Position numbers and translations under genes: made by a program
DNA from: Pseudomonadota bacterium
GTDB taxonomy: Bacteria > Pseudomonadota > Gammaproteobacteria > Burkholderiales > Sulfuricellaceae
DNA: 64,000 nucleotides
Assembly: GCA_040752115.1 (NCBI GenBank)
Contig: JBFMFB010000003.1
Location: forward strand, 39,266-103,265
Reading direction: 5' to 3'
Shown here: piece after piece, positions 57,599 to 64,000 of the stretch
Position numbering within the stretch: the first letter of the stretch is position 1
How the letters are laid out: every line of letters starts with the position of its first letter
The notes under the pieces: generated by a model
Told to the model about the DNA's origin: nothing
What the model saw: the letters and a program-made list of their open reading frames with translations, nothing else
Databases searched by the model: none

Positions 57599-57991
57599 AT
57601 GTCAAAAGAAAACAAAAGCTTCTTCCTCGCGCTGCTGCTGACATTCCTGCAATGCTTAGCGCCGTTGCTGCACGCCCATCCCATGGGAACCCAGATTGCC
57701 GCGGGAATTCACCTCCACGAAGACATCGAATTCGGCCGCACGAAAGCCGCCCAGCCCTTCGCTTTTTCGGAAATCGGAGCGGCAACATCGCATGAGCTGC
57801 CCGCCATCGGCATGGCAAAGGAGCACAAGCTGGACAGCACGACAACTATTGCCGCCCCCGCCGGCGTGGAATACCGCTATGCAGCGGAAGCGACGCAACC
57901 CTCTCCCGGATTTTCCGCCACCCTCCCCTTTCAAAGCCATCCCAGTTTCTCCTCCCCGCTTTCCCAAGCCCCCCCGCAGACACCCGCTTAA
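57599..57991 (+). CDS. Hypothetical exported His-containing protein upstream of the RND metal efflux genes
   Basis: Signal-like N-terminus (FFLALLLTFLQCLAPLLHA). HAHPMG and IHLHEDIE segments. Pro/Ser-rich tail. No strong SD sequence. Confidence 0.45.
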   Translation: MSKENKSFFLALLLTFLQCLAPLLHAHPMGTQIAAGIHLHEDIEFGRTKAAQPFAFSEIGAATSHELPAIGMAKEHKLDSTTTIAAPAGVEYRYAAEATQPSPGFSATLPFQSHPSFSSPLSQAPPQTPA

Positions 57992-58124
57992 TCCTCTCTT
58001 AATGTTCGGGGAATTAAACTTTAGTTTTCCAGCCGAATTCAGAGAAGCCAGGTAATTTTTGCACCTCTATCCTTACAATCCAGATTCCGTCGCCCTCTAA
58101 GCCCGGAGTCCGGGAGAGTCTGAA

Positions 58125-59249
58125 ATGAAAATCGACATCTCGACAATCCGCCTGGCGCTTGCCCTCGCTTGCGCATACTGGCTGGCCGGCAGTGGTATCG
58201 CTCGCGCCGCAAACGACATCCATATTTCGACAAAGCAAGCCCAGGCGCTGGGCATCGAAACCACTTCGCTTGCGGCGCAATCCGGCAGCACCGGCAGCGG
58301 TTTGCCCGCCCAGGTCACGATCCCTCCCGCGCAAGTGCGAATTGTCAGCGCACCCCTGGCGGGCCTGCTGGAGAGCATCGCCGTGGCAACCAATCAATCG
58401 GTTCGAAGAGGCCAGGCGCTGGCGCGCATGCAAAGCACCGGCCTGATCGAGCTGCAACGCGAATATCTGCAGGCGGCAACCCAGACGCACTTGGCGCACG
58501 AAACCCTGAGCCGCGACGAAAAACTGTTCAAGGAAGGCATCATTGCGGAAAGCCGTTATCTGGCCGCCAAAGGCAACGCCGCTGCCGCAGCGGCCGCTTT
58601 CTCCGAACGGCGCCAGGCGCTGCGGCTGGCCGGAATGTCTGATGCCGCGATCGAGAAACTGCGGGCAAGCCACGCCATCAACAGCGTGCTGGAAATCGTT
58701 TCACCGCTGGATGGGGTGGTGTTGGAACAGATGGCGACACTCGGGCAGCGCGCCGAAGCCGCCACTCCGCTCTTCAAAATCGCAAACCTGACGCCATTAT
58801 GGCTCGAGATCCAGGTACCGATCTCTCAGGCCGCTGCGCTGCGGCCAGGCGCAGCGGTGGACGTTCCGGCCTATCAGGCGCGCGGAAAAATCCTGTCGGT
58901 CGGACGCAGCGTGCTCGACGCCAACCAGACCGTCCCGGTGCGGGCGGAAATCCGCGAGAACGCGGAAAACATGCGCCCCGGCCAGTTCGTGGAAGTCCTC
59001 ATCACGACCGCAACCGGCAACGACAAGCAGTGGCTGGTGCCCAACAGCGCCCTGATTCGCCATCAGGGTCAGGCGCATGTTTTCGTGCAAACCGCAAAAG
59101 GCTTCCGCGCCCAGCCGGTCAGACTGGTCAGCGAAATGAGCGGCGGCAGCATCATCGCCAGCGCCGGCTTGCGGGGCGACGAGCGCGTCGTGGTGCGCGG
59201 CGCGGCGGCTCTCAAGGCAGCCTGGCAGGGCGTGGGCGAGGGCGAATAG
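58125..59249 (+). CDS. RND efflux periplasmic adaptor (CzcB/CusB family)
   Basis: Signal peptide. Biotinyl-lipoyl-like and beta-barrel segments (RIVSAPLAGLL, VSPLDGVV). Immediately upstream of the CzcA-type pump. Confidence 0.88.
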   Translation: MKIDISTIRLALALACAYWLAGSGIARAANDIHISTKQAQALGIETTSLAAQSGSTGSGLPAQVTIPPAQVRIVSAPLAGLLESIAVATNQSVRRGQALARMQSTGLIELQREYLQAATQTHLAHETLSRDEKLFKEGIIAESRYLAAKGNAAAAAAAFSERRQALRLAGMSDAAIEKLRASHAINSVLEIVSPLDGVVLEQMATLGQRAEAATPLFKIANLTPLWLEIQVPISQAAALRPGAAVDVPAYQARGKILSVGRSVLDANQTVPVRAEIRENAENMRPGQFVEVLITTATGNDKQWLVPNSALIRHQGQAHVFVQTAKGFRAQPVRLVSEMSGGSIIASAGLRGDERVVVRGAAALKAAWQGVGEGE

Positions 59250-59256
59250 CCGGGCA

Positions 59257-59388
59257 CCTCTGAAAATCGTAGCGAGCAACCCGAATGCAAGGAGCCGCGC
59301 AGTGAGCGACGAGACATATCACATGGATAGACGAGGAACGAACGAGCACGCGACGCCGCAATCGGGCTGCGCAGTAGATTTGCAGAGG
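59257..59388. repeat. 132-bp imperfect palindromic (MITE/REP-like) element in the adaptor-pump spacer
   Basis: CCTCTGAAAATC (59257-59268) versus GATTTGCAGAGG (59377-59388), 11/12 complementary. The adjacent about 19 nt are also partly complementary (14/19). Confidence 0.55.
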
Positions 59389-59396
59389 CGTCTGTA

Positions 59397-62300
59397 ATGT
59401 TGGCGCGCATCGTCGAATTTGCCCTCACCCAGCGCCTGCTGGTGCTACTCGCCACCCTGCTGCTGGTCGGCGCGGGCGCCTACGCCTTCAGGAATCTGCC
59501 GATCGACGCCTTTCCCGACGTTTCCTCCACCCAGGTCAAAATCATCCTCAAGGCCCCCGGCATGACGCCGGAGGAAGTCGAGGCGCGCATCGCCGCGCCG
59601 GTCGAAGTCGAAATGCTCGGCATCCCCAACAAGAAGATACTGCGCTCGGTTTCCAAGTACGCGCTGACCGACATCACCATCGACTTCGAAGAAGGAACGG
59701 ATATCTACTGGGCGCGCAACCAGGTGGCCGAGCGCCTCAACAACATCGCCAAGGACCTGCCGTCCGGCATCAGCGGCGGCCTTGCCCCGATCACCACGCC
59801 GCTGGGCGAAATGCTGATGTTCACGATCGAGGGCGGCAGCCTGTCGCTGATGGAAAGGCGCAGCCTGCTCGACTGGGTGATCCGGCCGGCCCTGCGCACC
59901 CTGCCCGGCGTGGCGGACGTCAACTCCCTGGGGGGGCTGGCGCGCAGCTTCGAGGTGGTGCCGGACAATACCGCACTCGATGCGCGCGGCATCGCGCTGG
60001 AGCAGTTGCGAAAAGCGCTGGAAACCAACAATCGCAACGACGGCGCCGGCCGCCTGGGCGACGGCGAAGAAACCCTGCTGGTGCGCAGCGAAGGGCGGAT
60101 CAAGACCCTGGACGACGTGCGCAACATCGTGATCGCCAGCCGCGAAGGCAAGCCGGTCAGGGTAGGCGATATCGCCGCGGTGCGGATCGGCAGTCTGACG
60201 CGCTACGGCGCGGTGACCAAGGACGGCCGGGCCGAAGCAGTGGAAGGATTGGTGCTCGGTCTCAGGGGCGCCAATGCGCAGCAGGTGGTGGAAGGCGTGC
60301 ACCGAAAACTGAAGGAATTGGCGCCCTCCCTGCCCAAGGGCGTGACCGCCCAGATCTTCTACGACCGCGGCAACCTGGTGGAGCGGGCGGTCGGCACGGT
60401 TTCCAAGGCACTGCTCGAAGCCATCGTGCTGGTGGTGATCCTGCTGCTGCTGTTCCTGGGCAACCTGCGCGCCGCGCTGGTGGTGGCGGCGACCCTGCCG
60501 CTGGCGGCGCTGGTCACTTTCATCCTGATGCGGCAGTTCGGCATGTCGGCCAACCTGATGAGCCTGGGCGGCCTGGCGATCGCCATCGGTATGCTGGTGG
60601 ATGCCGCCGTGGTCGTGGTGGAAAACATCGTGTCACACCTTGCGCACGACACCAACTCCGCCAGGAAATTGCCGCATCTGCACATCATGTACAAGGCGGT
60701 GCGCGAAGTATCCGCACCAGTGCTGTCGGGCATCGTGATCATCATCGTGGTGTTCCTGCCGCTGCTCACCCTGCAGGGACTGGAGGGCAAGCTGTTCATC
60801 CCGGTAGCGCTCACCATCGTGTTCGCGCTGGGCGGCTCCCTGTTGCTGTCTCTGACCGTCATCCCGGTGTTGGCCTCATTCCTCCTGAAAAAAGCGCAGC
60901 ATGGCGATCCCTGGCTGGTGCGCAAGGCGATGGCCGCTTACGTTCCCGCCCTGTCCTGGTCTCTCGCGCACGGCCGCACAGTGATCGCCGCCGCGCTGGT
61001 AGCCATGGGGCTGACAGCCGCGGTATATCCCATGATCGGCAAGACCTTCATGCCGGAAATGGACGAAGGCGACATCATCATCGGCGTGGAAAAGCTGCCC
61101 TCCATCGGACTGGAACAGTCCACCGCCCTGGACATGCGCCTGCAGCACGCGATCATGGAGCGCGTTCCCGAGGTGAAGGGGGTGGTGGCACGTGTCGGCT
61201 CGGACGAGCTGGGGCTGGACCCGATGGGGCTCAACCAGACCGACACCTTCCTGGTGCTGAAGCCGCGCGACCAGTGGCGCAAGCCCGACAAGGAATGGCT
61301 GGTCGGAGAGCTGCGCAAGGTGCTGGCGGATTTCCCCGGCGCTTCCTACAGCTTTACCCAGCCGATCGACATGCGCGTGTCCGAAATGCTCACCGGCGTA
61401 CGCGGCGACGTAGCGGTCAAGGTGTACGGCCCGGATCTGCCCACCCTCAACCAGCTTGCCGCCCGGATCGAGGCCGCATTGAGAACCGTCAAAGGCAGCG
61501 AGGATGTCTACACGACGAAAAACGAAGGCGTGCAATACCTCAGGCTGGAGGTTGACCGGCTTGCCGCAGGCCGTCTCGGCTTCCCGGTGGACGAGATCGA
61601 AAACATCCTGCGCGCGCAGCTGGAAGGGGTTGTCACGGGCGTCGTACAGGAAGGCAACCGCCGCACCCCCCTGCTGCTGCGTGGCGACGACGCCCTGCGC
61701 GCCTCGCCGTCGCGCTTTGCCGCGCTGCGTCTTACCTTGCCCGATGGCCAGAGCGTGCCGCTGTCCGCGGTGGCCAGGCTGGCGCGGGTGGACGGCCCGG
61801 TCAAGATCGACCGCGAAAACGCCCAGCGCTACGTGGTCGTCCGCGCCAACGTGCGTGGACGCGACCTGGTCAGCTTCGTGGAAGAGGCGAAACAGACAGT
61901 GGCAAAGCAGGTGCCGCTGGCAGCCGACTACTCCACGGTATGGGGCGGACAGTTCGAAAACCAGCAGCGCGCTGCGGCGCGGCTTGCGGTGGTGGTGCCG
62001 ATCGCACTGGGTCTGATTTTCCTGCTGCTGTTTTCCACCTTCGGCTCGGTGCGACAGGCGGTGCTGGTGTTCACCAATATCCCGTTCGCCATGATCGGCG
62101 GCGTCATGGCGTTATGGATTTCGGGTGAGTATCTGTCCGTGCCTGCGTCGGTCGGCTTCATCGCCCTGCTCGGCATCGCCGTGCTCAATGGCGTGGTAAT
62201 GGTGAGCTACTTCAACCAGCTGCGCGCCCAGGGCGTGGCGCTGGCCGATGTGGTGGTGGAAGGCGCGAAACGGCGGCTGCGCCCGGTGCTGATGACAGCG

Positions 62301-62480
62301 AGCATCGCCGCCTTCGGCCTGGTACCGCTGCTGTTCGCCACCGGCCCCGGCTCGGAAATCCAGAAACCGCTTGCGATCGTGGTAATCGGTGGGCTGGTGA
62401 CCTCGACGCTGCTGACCCTGATCCTGCTGCCGCTGCTGTACAAGCGCTACGGTTTTAGCGCTAAGGAGACAAGAGCATGA
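59397..62480 (+). CDS. CusA/CzcA-family heavy-metal RND efflux pump
   Basis: 1027 aa. N-terminus MLARIVEFALTQRLLVLL...IDAFPDVSSTQV is typical of the HME-RND family. 12-TM layout. Confidence 0.93.
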   Translation: MLARIVEFALTQRLLVLLATLLLVGAGAYAFRNLPIDAFPDVSSTQVKIILKAPGMTPEEVEARIAAPVEVEMLGIPNKKILRSVSKYALTDITIDFEEGTDIYWARNQVAERLNNIAKDLPSGISGGLAPITTPLGEMLMFTIEGGSLSLMERRSLLDWVIRPALRTLPGVADVNSLGGLARSFEVVPDNTALDARGIALEQLRKALETNNRNDGAGRLGDGEETLLVRSEGRIKTLDDVRNIVIASREGKPVRVGDIAAVRIGSLTRYGAVTKDGRAEAVEGLVLGLRGANAQQVVEGVHRKLKELAPSLPKGVTAQIFYDRGNLVERAVGTVSKALLEAIVLVVILLLLFLGNLRAALVVAATLPLAALVTFILMRQFGMSANLMSLGGLAIAIGMLVDAAVVVVENIVSHLAHDTNSARKLPHLHIMYKAVREVSAPVLSGIVIIIVVFLPLLTLQGLEGKLFIPVALTIVFALGGSLLLSLTVIPVLASFLLKKAQHGDPWLVRKAMAAYVPALSWSLAHGRTVIAAALVAMGLTAAVYPMIGKTFMPEMDEGDIIIGVEKLPSIGLEQSTALDMRLQHAIMERVPEVKGVVARVGSDELGLDPMGLNQTDTFLVLKPRDQWRKPDKEWLVGELRKVLADFPGASYSFTQPIDMRVSEMLTGVRGDVAVKVYGPDLPTLNQLAARIEAALRTVKGSEDVYTTKNEGVQYLRLEVDRLAAGRLGFPVDEIENILRAQLEGVVTGVVQEGNRRTPLLLRGDDALRASPSRFAALRLTLPDGQSVPLSAVARLARVDGPVKIDRENAQRYVVVRANVRGRDLVSFVEEAKQTVAKQVPLAADYSTVWGGQFENQQRAAARLAVVVPIALGLIFLLLFSTFGSVRQAVLVFTNIPFAMIGGVMALWISGEYLSVPASVGFIALLGIAVLNGVVMVSYFNQLRAQGVALADVVVEGAKRRLRPVLMTASIAAFGLVPLLFATGPGSEIQKPLAIVVIGGLVTSTLLTLILLPLLYKRYGFSAKETRA

Positions 62481-62788
62481 ACCGACCCGACTGCTGCCTG
62501 ACCATGGTTTTCCCCAAGGGGATGGAGGAGAACCTGGTGGACCACTTGCTCGAGCATCACGAAATTGCCAGCGGTTTCACCACCATTGAAGTCGAAGGGC
62601 ACGGCCAGGGGGCGATTTTCCAGAGCATAGGCGAGCGGGTGCGCGGACGCGCCCGCCGGGTCCAGATGCAGGCCGTTCTGAACCGGGCGGATGCGCAGAC
62701 GCTGGTACAGCATTTGAAAGAAACCCTGCCCAGCCCGGAAGTCGCCTACTGGATCACCCCCATTGAGGAATTCGGGAGACTCGCATGA
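62477..62788 (+). CDS. DUF3240-family small protein (PII-like fold) associated with HME-RND pumps
   Basis: 103 aa with ATGA overlaps on both sides. ENLVDHLLEH...GFT...V.GHG motif as remembered for DUF3240. Confidence 0.7.
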   Translation: MNRPDCCLTMVFPKGMEENLVDHLLEHHEIASGFTTIEVEGHGQGAIFQSIGERVRGRARRVQMQAVLNRADAQTLVQHLKETLPSPEVAYWITPIEEFGRLA

Positions 62789-64000
62789 AAACCGGCGCAT
62801 CATTCCCCTTCCTGCTCCTGGTTTCCGCCCTGGCCCCGTGGCCGGCGCAGGGGGAACCCTTCAGAGATTATCCCGACCTGCCGCCGCTGAAAACGGTGAT
62901 GGCGGTCATGGCGAACAATCCGGTGGTGCAGGCGGCAAAGGCCGGCGTCGCACTCGGAGAAGCCAGCCAGGCAAGACTGCAGGCGGGCCCGTACGAATAC
63001 AATGTCAGGCTTGGGACGGCACGGCGCACCATAGACCAGTCCGGGCGTTTCCGGGAATGGGACGTCGCCCTTGAGCGCCCCATCCGCCTGCCCGGCAAGC
63101 TCGCCGCGGACGAGGATCTGGGGCGGGAAGGCGTAATCCAGGCCAGGGCCGCCTACGGGGACGCCCTGCATGAGGAGGAACGCAAGCTCCTCAAGATGTG
63201 GTTCACCTGGGCGCGCGAAAATGCCCAGGCGCAGCAATGGCAAGCCCAGGCCGCCACGCTGCGGGAACAGCTGGCAATTGTGAACAAGCGGGTGCGGGCC
63301 GGAGACGCGCCCAGGCTGGAAGCGGAGATGGCCGAGGCGGCGGCGGCCTCGGCAGACGCTTCCCTGCACCAGGCGCGGCTGCGCGAAACCATCGCCGCGA
63401 CCGAATTGACGAAACATTTTTCCGGCATCGCGCTACCGGAAAAACTGGCGCAGCCCCCGCTCGAACCGCTGCGCCAGGAGCTGGATTACTGGCGCAGCCA
63501 GATCCTGCAGCACAACCACGAACTGGCGGTGGCGCGCAGCGAGGCAAGAATGGCACAGCTCGTTGCCACCCGAACATCCGCGGAGCGCGCGCCGGATCCC
63601 TCGCTGGGGGTGCGCTACTCCTCCGAAATCGGCGGCACCGAACGGGTCGTCGGCCTGAGCGTGGCCATCCCCTTGCCGGGGGCGGCGCGCACGGCAAGAA
63701 CGCAGGAATCGCAGGCCTCCGCCGAAATGGCGGCGCGCCGGGAAGCCATGGTGTTGCGCAAGCTGGAGGCCGAAACGGAGAATATTTTCACCAGCGCACG
63801 GGCAAGCCATACCAGCTGGCTGAGCGCGCAAGCTGCAGCCGAGCGGATGCAGCGCAACGCGGAACTGGTCGCGCGCGCCTATGCGCTGGGCGAGATGAGC
63901 CTGACTGAGGTGCTGAACGCCAGAAGGCTCGCGATCGAAGCGAATCTGGCCGCCGCCCTGGCCCGCTTCGACGCTGCGGAAGCGCGCTACCGCCTGATGC
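62785..64000 (+). CDS. TolC-family outer membrane efflux protein (CzcC-like), 3' end outside window
   Basis: Not in the ORF track because it has no stop. I translated frame 1 from ATG 62785 to 64000 by hand and found no stop (MKTGASFPFLLLVSALAPWPAQG...SLTEVLNARRLAIEANLAAALARFDAAEARYRLM). Confidence 0.85.
   Translation, partial: MKTGASFPFLLLVSALAPWPAQGEPFRDYPDLPPLKTVMAVMANNPVVQAAKAGVALGEASQARLQAGPYEYNVRLGTARRTIDQSGRFREWDVALERPIRLPGKLAADEDLGREGVIQARAAYGDALHEEERKLLKMWFTWARENAQAQQWQAQAATLREQLAIVNKRVRAGDAPRLEAEMAEAAAASADASLHQARLRETIAATELTKHFSGIALPEKLAQPPLEPLRQELDYWRSQILQHNHELAVARSEARMAQLVATRTSAERAPDPSLGVRYSSEIGGTERVVGLSVAIPLPGAARTARTQESQASAEMAARREAMVLRKLEAETENIFTSARASHTSWLSAQAAAERMQRNAELVARAYALGEMSLTEVLNARRLAIEANLAAALARFDAAEARYRLM

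Overview
GC-rich chromosomal segment with betaproteobacterium-type synteny. It is densely coded on both strands, with about 60 supportable CDS and 3 tRNAs. I saw no rRNA, CRISPR array, transposase or integrase. Most of it is core housekeeping: maf, thrC-hom-alaA, rimO, pgeF-rluD/bamD, dnaQ-rnhA-gloB, mltD, yejABEF, fabI, ppiD-tRNA(Asp,Val)-hupB-lon-clpX-clpP-tig-tRNA(Leu), radA-alr-dnaB and rplI-rpsR-priB-rpsF. There are four accessory blocks. (1) A nitrous-oxide reductase cluster (13.6-22.9 kb): nosZ is its own terminated unit, followed by nosR-D-F-Y-L plus three extra tightly packed genes. (2) A Ser/Thr phospho-signalling island (46.5-51.8 kb) with two paralogous PP2C/dual-FHA operons flanking a Hanks kinase and a lipoprotein. 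(3) The hpnCDE squalene genes. (4) A czc/cus-type heavy-metal RND cluster that runs off the 3' end; its TolC-like gene is missing from the ORF track because it has no stop in the window. Several families of palindromic or heptad repeats occupy intergenic spacers, and one appears to sit in-frame inside pgeF. My best candidate for an undescribed system is the translationally coupled 91-aa/117-aa gene pair plus a second, non-lipoprotein NosL paralog appended to the nos maturation operon. The runner-up is the mirror-duplicated kinase/phosphatase/FHA island. CDS coordinates come from the supplied ORF track, with start codons re-chosen by hand. Non-coding motif coordinates were hand-indexed against ORF boundaries and may be off by 1-2 nt. 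No database search was possible, so all family assignments rest on recognised motifs and remembered homologs.
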